From positions 33,709,135-33,773,134 of the forward strand of contig NC_068992.1 of assembly GCF_001194135.2 (NCBI RefSeq): a stretch of DNA of 64,000 nt, read 5' to 3'. This document shows positions 1 to 12,056 of the stretch, one piece after another. The DNA comes from Octopus bimaculoides (taxonomy: Eukaryota). Both the position numbers and the translations under genes were made by a program. The notes under the pieces are model-generated. The model saw only the letters and a program-made list of their open reading frames with translations. It was not told the DNA's origin and did no database searches. Numbering within the stretch: position 1 is the stretch's first letter; each line of letters starts with the position of its first letter.

Positions 1-478
1 CATCTGACAAGAGTACACTAGGCACATGCATCACAACCATATGAGCATGACATCATGCTCTCATATCAAGATTAACAGCACATGACCTTGCAGGTGGGGC
101 CTAGTTAGAATTTTCTTCAGGTTGAACAGCCCATCCTGCTCAAAAGGTCTCTGAATAAAGATTGTTTAAGGATGTTGAACGGAACACCCATGTTTCCAAA
201 GGTGAATTATCCAAATCCCAAAGAATTCCTCTCAACACATGGCTATGATGCTCCCCCACTTTTTCTGCTCATGATCAGAGATGCACATATCATCAGCCAC
301 CAAGGGACATGCTCAACTGGTTAAGGTCAAACAACTGACAAGCAAATCTGTGGTATTAAGCAGAATATTTGCTGTAGCCCATCTTTTATACTGAGACAAA
401 ACAATGTACATAATAACATTTTCAATCAGTTAAGATCAGAAGCCATGAGAGTCACTGCCTGGTACTGCATCAGGGCAT
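1..478. repeat. Dispersed SINE-like repeat, copy 1
   Basis: Homologous to 63570-63835: shared gtacactaggcacat, agttagaattttcttca, cctgctcaaaaggtc, cccatgtttcca, ttcctctcaacacatggctatgatgct. Confidence 0.75.
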
Positions 479-1728
479 TTATTATTGCTGTTGTTGTTGT
501 TATTGTTATTCAGTCATTTTATTTTTATTTCATACTTTCCCTGCACTGCCAAGTGCAGCACTGTGTGCCCTAGGTTTGTTCTGTAGTTTGTGTTAGTGTT
601 GTTATTTTTACTTCATTGAAAGAGCTTTGCATAGTATGTGTGTGGTACCTAGCAGTACTATTTTCTGTATATTTGTAAGTCTTAGTGTTTTGCCTCTGTA
701 TTTGTCTGTATATTTTATAACCATGCCTAATGCACCTATTATTTTAGGGATTAATTCTGTCTTCAAGCTTCACATTCAAGTTATTTCTATTTCTAGTGCT
801 TTGTATCTCAAGAGTTTCTCTTTTAGAAATATATGTCATCTGTTGGGACTGATATATCAAGTAGAAGACATTATTATTATTATCTTTTTTTTTTGGTGAT
901 CCATATTATCCTCGAACTCTTTATCTGTATGTATTGGCATATCCCAGAGTATGTTTGCTTTGTCATTTTTTTGAGACCCTTTCTGGAGTATGCTTACACC
1001 ATGTTTTTTTCTATTGTCATTCCATTGTGCTGGTACAGCTTCCAGTGTATATATAAGTCCCAACTCTGTTGTGTCTGTTTCTTCCCATCACCACATATTC
1101 TGCAGTTAATTATTTCATTTTCCCTTGGTATATGTTTTGGGTGGCTTCCGGTGGGGGTAGCTTTGATCTTATGCTACCATTAAAAACTCTTCAGTCTCTG
1201 CTTTGAGACTCGAAGTCCTTAACCAGTGTTGAGATTTTATTTTGTCTATTTCTTTTCTGTTTAGTTTGTCCCAGTATTTGCCATGTGAGGGCTTTTCTTC
1301 TTAACATTTTATCATGATGTTCTGTAGTTCAAGTTTTAGCTTAGATTTTAGTTGCTTTACACGTTTTGATGTTTCTTATTTCTCTTCATTGTTGTCAGGT
1401 ATTATGAACACTTCCTTGTACTTTTTAACTTTCTTGAAAATAAAAATCACTTTTTTGTTTTGCTCATGCTTCATGGGTATTTGTATTAGTTTTGTTGGCT
1501 CTGACTTAGATATTTCTGTAGTCCTATGGTGGATATTTTATAGTAGATTTCTTGTCATATGAAGCTTACCACCTTCAATTCATTATATACGTAACCTATC
1601 TGTGACAGATTTTTGGTGGTGTATTCTAATTCCATCCTAATTTTTTCTTGTTTTCCTATCTAGTTTGGCTAGTTTATTTAATGTCTAGTTAAGAATACTG
1701 TAAATACTGTAACTTATAACTAGGGCAG

Positions 1729-2203
1729 CTAGAAGAACAAAATAAGGGTAGAAGAACATCGCAAAGCTGTGACACGAGGAGATATTGATAAATCGGGTAT
1801 AGCTGATCATGTATGGAAAAATGGAAAATCCTCCCCCTGTGGGATGAAGTTAAAATAATAGACAGGGAACAACACTGGAAAATACGAAAACTAAAAGAAG
1901 CAGCACATATGCTAGGACACAACAACCTCCTAAGCAGACCGAGTGCAGATATGAATAGCATATGGGAACCGGTATTGAGGAAGGACAGAAAAATAATAGA
2001 TTTATAAGCCTTAAAATTCACCCCATAATTGCCNNNNNNNNNNGATAGGAATGAGAACCCAGGTTCGAAATTTCCCCAAGACACCTGACGAAGGCTGGAG
2101 GGTATATCAGCCGAAACGTTGTGTTAACAACAAACAAGATGAGGACGAATATCCGTCAAATGTAAATAATGTAAATAATTCCTCATCCCTTAAATATAGA
2201 ACC
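1729..2203 (+). mobile_element. 3' fragment of a Penelope-like element (GIY-YIG C-terminus plus pLTR end)
   Basis: Translation EEHRKAVTRGDIDKSGIADHVWK..PLWDEVKIIDREQHWKIRKLKEAAHM, typical of the PLE endonuclease tail, followed by a hammerhead motif. Confidence 0.8.
2080..2125 (+). ncRNA. Minimal type-I hammerhead ribozyme
   Basis: Stem I GACAC/GUGUU; core CUGACGA plus an extra A; stem II GGCUG/CAGCC; GAAA; palindromic AACGUU stem III; GUU cleavage triplet. Confidence 0.8.
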
Positions 2204-3704
2204 GTATTAGAGTATTGATGTTTGTTATCTTATTTTTTGTATTGAGTTCTGTTTTAAATATTAATCTGATTTGTCTATCATATTTCTTCCTTATCTTTTC
2301 TTCCTTTTTGTGTGTTGCACCATATCTAGTTCATTGATTCCTTAATATTCGTATGTCTGGGTTTGGTCTAGTTCACTTATTTCTTTATCTTTATCTAGTG
2401 TGATATTCCACTTTTTAAGTAGTTTTCCTCTTTTCAAGATTGCTTTAGCACATTTTTCTAGGCCTAATTTCATATTTATTATTTTGGCAAATCCATGTAC
2501 TGTTTGTAGCAATGTTCTCAGCTGTTTATCATTTGCAGCATAAAACTTGAGATCATCCATATACAAGAGAGAATTGAAGCACTCCATAGCTCCCATTCAT
2601 GACAGGATTTCACTCTCTACCCATTAAGATAGAAAGAGTTCCACCTGAGCTGGACATCTGGTGGTTGCTAGCATGTGACACTCTAAAGATCAGCAAAACT
2701 CTTCTCAAAGTGAATTGAACAGGGCGGGAGACTTAGTTGGGGACTACAGTAGAGATCTCCCTCCACATCAAACTGGAGGAGATCAAAAAGATCCTAGACC
2801 TAATACACCTGCCCAACCGAGAGGAGTTTCAGTTGTGGGCAGAAAACCGAGAGGCCACCTCTGTGATGCAGAAGGCCACTTTAAAGCATTTAACCCTCAA
2901 AAAAAATCATGCAAGAGGAGGCCCTTCGCTACTGAAAATACCACAGTCCCAACAACCACAGAAATGTACAGCAGTAGCAGCAATCGGAACAACAGCAGCA
3001 GTACCAACACCAACAACAGTAGCAACAGCATGACCAACAACAGCAACAACCCATATAACAAAAGAAGGAGCCACCAACCAAGAAAATATAAGGCAAGAGT
3101 AATAAAATACATAAATTAACGTTTTGGTTGGACCAGAAGAACTGTAGAAGCTACCAAAGAGACTTTTCCTGTTTTGGGGTGGGACACTTAATTTGTCTCT
3201 TCATTTAACATTAACATCTGTCCCATGGATGCCTCCACTTTGTTGCAAGCACTTGAACCAAATATGTAGCTAACTTCCTCTTTTCCTTCTACTTGACTCA
3301 AAGACCCTAAAAAGTGCTTTAGCCCTTGCCCTTCCTTGATTGGCTAAGCCATAGAAAATGTAAATAACAACCAAATGCTGAACAGTGAACTAAATGAATA
3401 TTATATTAAGTGCAATGTTTTCTATCAGTGTCAACTAAACAAGAAAAATTATTCAATATAGATATAATTTTTTGTATTTTTGATATTATTGTATTAACGG
3501 CAATAAAAATAAGAAGTGACACTAAAGAATCATCATAATAGACAAATATTAAATTTTCATTCTATAATTCTTAGTAGATATCACATAAATTCATCATAAA
3601 TTGAAAGAAATAATTGCATTGGTGAAACTTGTTTGTTTAGAATAACAGTTAAGAAAGTTTCTTTTCACTTGGTAAAAAGTACATTTCTTGTTGAAATGTC
3701 TTCT

Positions 3705-3737
<33 letters not shown>

Positions 3738-4671
3738 TTGTCATACTGAGATATAAACTTCCATCTTACTCTATACTATGAAACAAATATACAGCCAGAC
3801 AAATATTCATAATGCAACAATATTGCTCCTGTGCTACTGTGGGTAAAATGAGGTGGATGAAAATATAAACAAAAAAAAAAAAAATCTGCTGCTAATAATA
3901 AGAAATATCAGTCCTCTTCCTTATTATTTATTATTTTAAAATCTATATCTCAGAAAAAGAAATGCTTCATGATATTTCTTCCAACTGAGGTTAACTTTGT
4001 CTTTTGTCCTTTCAGAGTCAATAAAATAAAGAACAAGTCAAGTGCTAGGGCTAATGTAATTAAGTAAACCTTCCCCTCAAAATTTTAGCCCTTGTGCCTA
4101 TGCTAGATACAGTTTTATATCACGAGTAGGGTGGGAATCAGGACCTTTATAACATAAGAGAAATTATTGTACTTTATTTACAGAAAAGTAGTTGGTAGAA
4201 ATTCCCTGTGATGAGCTAATAGTAAATATTTAGTATTCATGAGGTGTAATGAGATCATATACAGGCTAACAAAGAAAGTAAATTCCATATGTCAAGGACC
4301 CTTTGGGCAATATGCCTAAAGAATGCTTGGGAAATAGATTCTTTATAATACTTGATGGATTCTTAGCAGTTGTTGACAGTTTTAGTTACTGAGGTTACTT
4401 AGTTAATAATGAGGGAAGATGCTCCAAAATTGTTGTCGCCAGAACAAGGAACTGCTCAAAGTAGTTCAGGGAACTACCTCTGATTGCAACAAAGACTTTT
4501 CTCTCAAAATGAAAGGCAAGATGAATGAGGCTCAAGTGAAAAATGCATTGCTGCTTGGCAGCAAATCATAGAGCATGAATGTATGCTGTTCAACACTAAG
4601 AACAAAATATAAATGAGCTGGGAGGCAAACTGACTATAAGAAGAATCAGATATAATTTGCAAGAAAGGAAA

Positions 4672-4745
<74 letters not shown>

Positions 4746-4856
4746 NNNNNNNNNNNNNNNNNNNNNNNNNNNNNNNNNNNNNNNNNNNNNNNNNNNNNNN
4801 NNNNNNNNNNNNNNNNNNNNNNNNNNNNNNNNNNNNNNNNNNNNNNNNNNNNNNNN

Positions 4857-6800
4857 NCTTACCATCTTGCCTGGTTTTGAGCATCCTCCCTTCTCAAGTC
4901 AACCCTCCAAATCTCCTCTTCCACTTGTCCCCTCCATGTTTTCCTTGGTCTACCTCGCTTTCGCAGTCCACTTACCTCAAACTCAAGCACTCTCCTCAGA
5001 ACATGCTCCTCATCACATGCCCACACCACCACAATCCATTTGCCCTTGCCAGCCATTCCACCAATTCCTCCAACCACAGCATCCCTATCATGTCCTCAGT
5101 CCTCCTCTTATCAAACAGCTTCACCACACACATCTCTCTCACCATTGCTCTCTCGGTCCTTCTCAAAATTGCCATCTCTCTTCCCCTCAGACACCATGTC
5201 TCACTCCCATACAGCATCGCATCTCTCATGCAACTCCCATACACCCCTCCTTTCATTTTCAATGAGAACCTTTTCCCATATAACACTCAACATTCCCTGA
5301 ACTTCACCCAGCCAAGTCTCACTTTTGCTGTTACAGCTGCTTAACATCCACCACTTACATCCACTCTGTTTCCTAAATAATAAAACCCTCTCACCATTTC
5401 CACCTCATCACATAGTGTTTCTACTGGTTCTGCCAGCCCTCCAGCTCCTTTCTCACATCTTCCACAAACAAACTCTCTTACCAGTCTTGGAGTCACCTTC
5501 TTAATTTTCATATATCTATCATGAATCCATTTCTCACATCTCATACACAACACAGCATTTGCCATTACCCTCCTCCTACATACACCACATGGGTCCACCT
5601 TATTCACTAACACTTCTCCTTCCACTCCACTGACCATCACCTTAGTGTTCCTGAGTTTTACCTTCATACCCTTGCTTTCAAATGCCTCCTTCCATTTTCA
5701 AAACTTCTCTCTCAATCCGTCTATTGTCTCACTCATCAGAACAAGGTCATCCGCATACAGCATCTCCATTATCAATCCTTCTCTTGCACTCTCCTTTACC
5801 ATGTCACCACTATTGCAAACAACAACAGTAACAACACAGATCCCTTATGCACACCAACTATCACTGCAAACTCCTCCAACAGCTCTGATCCAATTCTAAC
5901 TCTTGTCTTTACCCCTTCATACAAACACATCACTGCCCTCACTATTACCTCTAGTACACCACTCTTCCTCAATGCCCACTCAATCACCTTCCTTAGAACC
6001 CTATCAAATGCCTTCTTCAGATCAACAAAGCACATGTACAACTCTTTCTCCTTATCTCAGTATTCCTCTTGAAGTCTCCTTATAATAAACACTGTCTCTA
6101 TTGTCCCCTTTCCTGGCATAAAGCCAAATTGCATCTCGTTCACATCCACCCCTTTCTGAATTCTCCTCTACAACACCCTTTCCACTATCTTCATCACATG
6201 CTCCAATAACTTCACTTCCCTGTATGCCCCACAACTCATCGCGTCCTTCTTCCTCTTGAAGATCAGTACCACCACACATAGTGCTCAATCATCTGGCATT
6301 CCTCTTCCATCCAGCACACTCTTGCAGAGCTCCATCATCACAACAATCCCTATCTCTCCACTTGCAGTTATCATTTCCACATTTACCACCACAACTTGTA
6401 CCTTCTTCCCTTGACCCCTACAAATCTTGCACCCTGACCCCTCCACCTAGTCTCCTACACACAGCACACATCCACTCTCCTCTTCCTCAATTCTTCACAC
6501 ACTACAGTTCCCCTTCCCTGCAGACTGCCCACATTCCAACTTCCCAACCTCATACCCAAGCTTCTCCTTAGGCCATCAGCCATTATAAGGCAAGTCATGC
6601 TTGCACAACCAAGGATGAGGGTTTGTACTCTCCTTTTTTGAGGTAGGCAGGTGCAGCATACGCCCAACCTTTGGGATGGCTTGTGCCCATTCTCCTTTGT
6701 TATCATGAGGGTTTTCGAAGCTAGATTTTCTATGGGGAGCATGCCCTTGCTTACTCCCAAGCTCAGTTTCTAGACATGAGTGGTTCCGAGAGCAAAGCCT
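4857..6800 (-). mobile_element. Decayed RTE-clade LINE with internal deletion
   Basis: APE start RLGSWNVGSL..EELRKRRVDVCCV; RT motifs FVDLKKAFDRV and GVHKGSVL; Cys-rich DPCGVC..C..CEKWIH; MLYGSETW, WCGHVMR, RGRPRKTW. Multiple frameshifts. Confidence 0.9.
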
Positions 6801-7159
6801 CTACCACGATTTTTAAGAAATGTGGTGGAAAACTAGCTCAAGAAGGCAGGGACACTATTCCGAGACCCCTTTCGGACCCCACCCCTTATCCGTATAATCT
6901 TATAATAAAATACAGCTACCCAGGTTTTCCTTGTTGAAATGATAATTTATTCCACCATTTATCATGCTGAAAAGAAGACTGTTTGTCAGTTGCTTTTTGG
7001 GCAGATAATGTTAAATTTAAAAAATGCTGGTAAAGAAAACAAGAAATGAAATTAGCTAGGTAGATAAATAAACAGAGTAAGATAGATAGATAGAAAGACA
7101 TACAGCTAGCTAGATGGATAGATGAAGGGATAGACAGACAGACAGATAGTTTAGCCTAT

Positions 7160-8830
7160 ATATGACATGTGACCTGGAGCAAGCCTTGTTGTTGGGTGTT
7201 AAAACTCACTGCAGGTCACATGCCATATGTCAACTCGCACCAAACACTAAGTTCTATTGCCAAAGCAAGTGCTCAACAATGCACGTCTGCAAATTTTGTG
7301 ACTACATTTCAAACTTCCCTTATAGTAAACTGCCACAACCTAAACCTAAACCCAATACCAGTAAAAGGAATGGAAAATCATCTACGAGTTACAAAACAAC
7401 CATGACATCACAATCAAGGAAGCAGATAAGGGTAGTACTGTCGTAATTATGGACATTGAACAATACAAAAACTCTGTATCTCACCTCTTACAAGATACTA
7501 CCTACTATGAAAGAGTAGTCAACTACCAATCAAAAACAATTTCCAAATTAAACACACTCATTTGGCTAGAAAAATACCCCAATGAGGTCCCAGAAAGAAT
7601 AAAAACAGAATTTATCATCGAGGGCCTTAAGTTTATCCTCCAAAACAACTTTTTAACTTTTAACGACAAACAGGTATCAGGGACTGCAATGGGTACTAAA
7701 GTTGCCCCAACTTATGCCAATCTGGTGATGATGACCTACCTAGAATTACAAATCTATGGACAATCCAAATCAAAATACAGCCTGTCTTTCCACAAATACC
7801 TGTTGGAGAATTGGAAACGCTTGGATGACTGCCTCATTCTATGGTTCCACACACTCAACCAACTCAATGAATTCAAAAATGTAATCAACAATGTCAACAA
7901 CCATATCCAGTTTACAATGGAATATATTCAAGACCAACTTCCATTTCTTGACATTCTTATTATAAAAAAGGCACCAACATTGAAACTGATATCCACTACC
8001 AACCAACTGATTACAAACAATACCACCTGTCCACCTCCAATCACCCAAAGAACAGGAAGACAAACATTCCCTTCAATCTAGCGAGAAGCATCTGTACTAT
8101 TGTCTCAAATTGTAGAATACGAAATAAAAGACTAAGAAGTAAAGGCAATTCTTCTCGAAAAACAGTACCCAGCATCATTAGTTGACAATGGAATAGAACG
8201 GGCCAAGACAATCGATATCTAAGACTTACGAAAACCGAAACACACTCAAGGTACATTAAATAGTCTTACATATCTCTCTCAACACACAATCCAAGAAATA
8301 CAGAAGCTTACACGATTATATACAAGAACATCCCACTACTGAGTCAAAACCCACGTCTAAAAAAGGACTCGAAACCCATAAGATAATAAAAAGCAAGAGA
8401 ACCAAAATCCATACAAAGCTTACTCACCAATTACCCAACACAAGCTCAACACCCACCGTCAAAACACGTCCTAGTTTTTCCACTCTACCAATGCCCNNNN
8501 NNNNNNTTATAAAAAAGGCACCAACATTGAAACTGATATCCACTACCAACCAACTGATTACAAACAATACCACCTGTCCACCTCCAATCACCCAAAGAAC
8601 AGGAAGACAAACATTCCCTTCAATCTAGCGAGAAGCATCTGTACTATTGTCTCAAATTGTAGAATACGAAATAAAAGACTAAGAAGTAAAGGCAATTCTT
8701 CTCGAAAAACAGTACCCAGCATCATTAGTTGACAATGGAATAGAACGGGCCAAGACAANNNNNNNNNNATAAGGAAAATATACTTATTCAAAAATACAGA
8801 CCACAACTCAACATACTCCAACATACCCCC
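7160..8830 (+). mobile_element. Decayed Penelope-like element RT region
   Basis: ORF 7449-8081 has GTAMGTKVAPTYANL, WKRLDDCLILW, IQFTMEY..LPFLDILI; the downstream frame has NIPFNLARSICTIVS. Homologous to the 12057-13343 ORF. Confidence 0.85.
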
Positions 8831-9960
8831 CAGCTACACATCCACAACAAACACACACAAATGTACAAACACAAACACACACACAAATACAATGCAAAAA
8901 TCCCACACAAACATACACACATACGTATACACACACGCACAAACACAATATTCCCACACTTGATACACAGACCCACACACATTCCAAGAAAAACACATAC
9001 ATATATACACATGCAATACGATTCTAGCAATCACTCACAGACACATACACACACATACACATACGTAAACATGTACAGACACACACCGCCCTGACAATTA
9101 CAAGACACACTCACACAAACACACACACACATACACAGACAAACACGCAAGTACAATACAACCCCCACACGCATATATACAGACATATGTACACACACAC
9201 AAACACAATATGCCCGTTCCCCAGTAAAGAGTTACACACACACTCAAAGAAAAAACACATACATATATACACGCAATACAATCCTAACAATCACAACAAA
9301 CACTCACAGACACAAAGACATATACATACGCACATACACAAGCATGCACACGCACACAATAATACACACCACCCTGACAAATACAAGACACATAGACACA
9401 CTCACACAAACGCACCCACACGTATATACACACACACTGCACAAACAATACAAACAAAACACTTACAATAATACATCCAAACATAATAGCATGCACACTT
9501 GCACTCACACGTACACACACACACATGGACACACACACACAAACGCATACTCAGTACAAACATGCACAGTACGTATACGCACATACATACTCACCACCTG
9601 GATAAACGTAACACACACGGACACACAGAACCCTTGACAAATACAACACACTCACACACATACATATGCACCCTCACACACACACACACACGATTGCACA
9701 GACACCGCCCACACAATTATAACAACACAAACATACTCAGACACAGACACATACACACACAAACGTGCACACATATGCACGCACCATCCTGCTAAATATA
9801 AAACACACACATACACAGACCCACGCACACACCACACTGAACTCTGAAACCAATCAAAAACAACCCCCACACACAAACACAAGCACATATATATATATAT
9901 ACACACACACACACATAGAAACGTGCACAGACACACACATACTCACACATTTTGAACTCT
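8830..9960. repeat. CA-rich degenerate tandem repeat, period about 260-280 bp
   Basis: Recurrent blocks ccctgacaa(t/a)tacaagacac near 9090, 9370 and (variant) 9630, and acatatatacac..gcaatac..ttct(a/c)caatcac near 9000 and 9260. Confidence 0.6.
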
Positions 9961-10584
9961 AAGACCAGCCCCAAAAACAATGAACCATGACAGACTAGCC
10001 CAGCAACAAAAAAATCCTTTTGAATCCACAATGCTCCACCAACCAACCTCCCACCCTATCTCTAAAAGTAGCAAGCATTTCTTATATACACACTACAAGA
10101 CAGATGATGATGGATGGAACAGTTGGTCATTCCCTTAAAATTCTGTGTAAATTCTTAAATATAATTCCTTCTGTATATATACTTCTATACAACCATTATC
10201 TTTGATGAACTTAAAAATAATTATGAATTCATTTTACTACCTATTTTCAACACTTTCATGTAAACTGTTTAAGCAAAAAGCCCCACATAACATTTTCTTA
10301 TCATTGTCAAAAATTCTATTTTTCAACATTTTCTTATCATTATCAAAGACTCTATAACCATATTTTAATACAATTATGATAACCATTTTTTAACACAGCA
10401 AAGCTTATACAAAGCTTTACATTTTACTTTTGATAATCTTTTTTAAAAAAAGTGAAACAGGTCAAGTCAACAAACATCTTTAAAAACCTCTGCATTCTCA
10501 AACCCTCTTTCCTATATATTTTCACTCATGCAGTACCTTGCAACTTTACTTTGTTATATATATATATGTATATATAGATATATA

Positions 10585-11488
10585 TTCAGTAGGGTAATAA
10601 TACCACTTGCTAAAATGAGAGCCAATACTCCAAAAGCCACCATAAACTTACGCTAAAGATACATACAAGCAATGCAATGAACATATGAGAAATAGGCTTA
10701 CCTTTGCATTGAATACATCAGTAAATAATGTATAATTGACTTCATGCATTGCATAACATACATACTCTGAGACCTTTTGTTGAAAATAACATTTTAACTG
10801 TTATTTCTAAAATACTCACTACATTAGCTCATGTGTGTTCAATTTAAAGGTAAGCCTATTTCTCATATGTTCATTGCATTGCTTGTGTGTATCTTTATTG
10901 TGAGTTTATGGTGGTTTTAGAACATTGGCTTTGATTTTAGCAAGTGGTATTATATAACCTACTGTATATAAATTTACCTTATATCGTGCCTGTAATGGTA
11001 TGAACTTGCTAGCCACCAAATTATTACCTTATCAATACTATTAATAACAGTAATAATACTTCTTTATTTAAATTTTTTCTTGCTCACGATAGTTTTCTTT
11101 TAAATAGAGAATTACATTTAAAGTAAGGAACACACACATGCTTATGCAGTGAATATTTTAGAAATAAATGTTAAAATGTTATTTTCAACTGAAGATTGCC
11201 AAGTATGTTTGTCATGCAAAGTGTGAAATCAATTGATATTGAAATATACGTTACTTACTGATGTATTCAACACGGAGGTAAGCCTATTTTTCAGATGTTC
11301 ATTGCATTGCTTGTGTGTATCTTTATCATGAGTTTTTGGTGGATTTTCGAGCATTGGCTCTGATTTTAGCAAGTGGTATTATATACCCTACTGAATCTTA
11401 ATTTACTTTATATCGTGCCTGTAAAGATGTAAACTTGCTACCCACCTTATTATTACCTTATTAATACTATGAATAATGGCAATAAGAC

Positions 11489-11493
<5 letters not shown>
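10585..11493. mobile_element. Array of PLE pLTR-like units: one inverted copy plus two direct copies
   Basis: 10848-11062 and 11276-11493 are direct repeats (aggtaagcctattt...acttct). 10585-10845 is the reverse complement of about 11125-11395. Contains a hammerhead core. Confidence 0.7.
11183..11244 (+). ncRNA. Type-I hammerhead ribozyme motif (stem II degenerate)
   Basis: Stem I UUUCAA/UUGAAA; core CUGAAGA (11189-11195); GAAA (11225-11228); palindrome AUCAAUUGAU; AUA triplet. Confidence 0.6.
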
Positions 11494-11529
<36 letters not shown>

Positions 11530-11659
11530 TCAGTAAATGGTGGGATTGTGTTAACCGCACGTGGAGAAATAATAGGAACATAACAATTAATAATAAGGCA
11601 GAATGCTAAACTGAAAGCATATTTTAATATAGATGTGTATAAGGAGGATTAAAAAGGAT

Positions 11660-11697
11660 TTCTAACCGGCTTTCATTGCATGGCAAATTTTCAAGAA
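11660..11697 (-). ncRNA. Atypical hammerhead motif (U3-A8 core) in pLTR; also at 15352-15389 and 32913-32950
   Basis: Minus strand reads UUC UUGAAAA U UUGC CAU GCAA U GAAA G CCGG U U A GAA: hammerhead topology with C3U/G8A covariation and a palindromic CCGG stem III loop. Confidence 0.45.
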
Positions 11698-12056
11698 GAG
11701 GGAGAATGAAAATGTTTTTTGCAAAAAAATAAAAAATAATACATGAAAAAATAATATATAAAAAAATAAATATACCAATACATTATATTGTCTTTGAGCT
11801 TTTAAAGTTCAATGGTAATCCATGTAGATAATTGTTAGAAAGATTGGGATGCATGGAATTAAAAGTTGTGTTTAAAAAAAAGGAGCTGAAAGTTTGTGTT
11901 AAGCAGGAAGTGTGTGTAAGGGAAGACAATTCTGTGGGTTTTATACTCTTTAGTTGTTCTGGACTCTTTGTCAACAGGAAGTTTATGTCTGTTCTTAGAG
12001 AAACAAGAAGTAACGTTATATGTATTTCATTGGGTAGGCGAGAGAAGGGTATATGG

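Larger units (their letters stand above)
500..2640 (-). mobile_element. Decayed R4/Dong-like (RLE) non-LTR retrotransposon, interrupted at about 1729-2203 by a Penelope fragment
   Basis: Minus-strand motifs LYMDDLKFYA and TYEY (2342-2596), INTL then ALVISYS across the insertion, ILWDMPIHTDK (857-1063), and a degenerate DISVPTDD..KY.AL..IIGALG near 730-860. Confidence 0.8.

Noticed and set aside
8509-8758. Exact 250-bp duplication of about 7967-8216
   Set aside because: Identical and bounded by 10-N gaps on both sides; a scaffolding overlap artefact.
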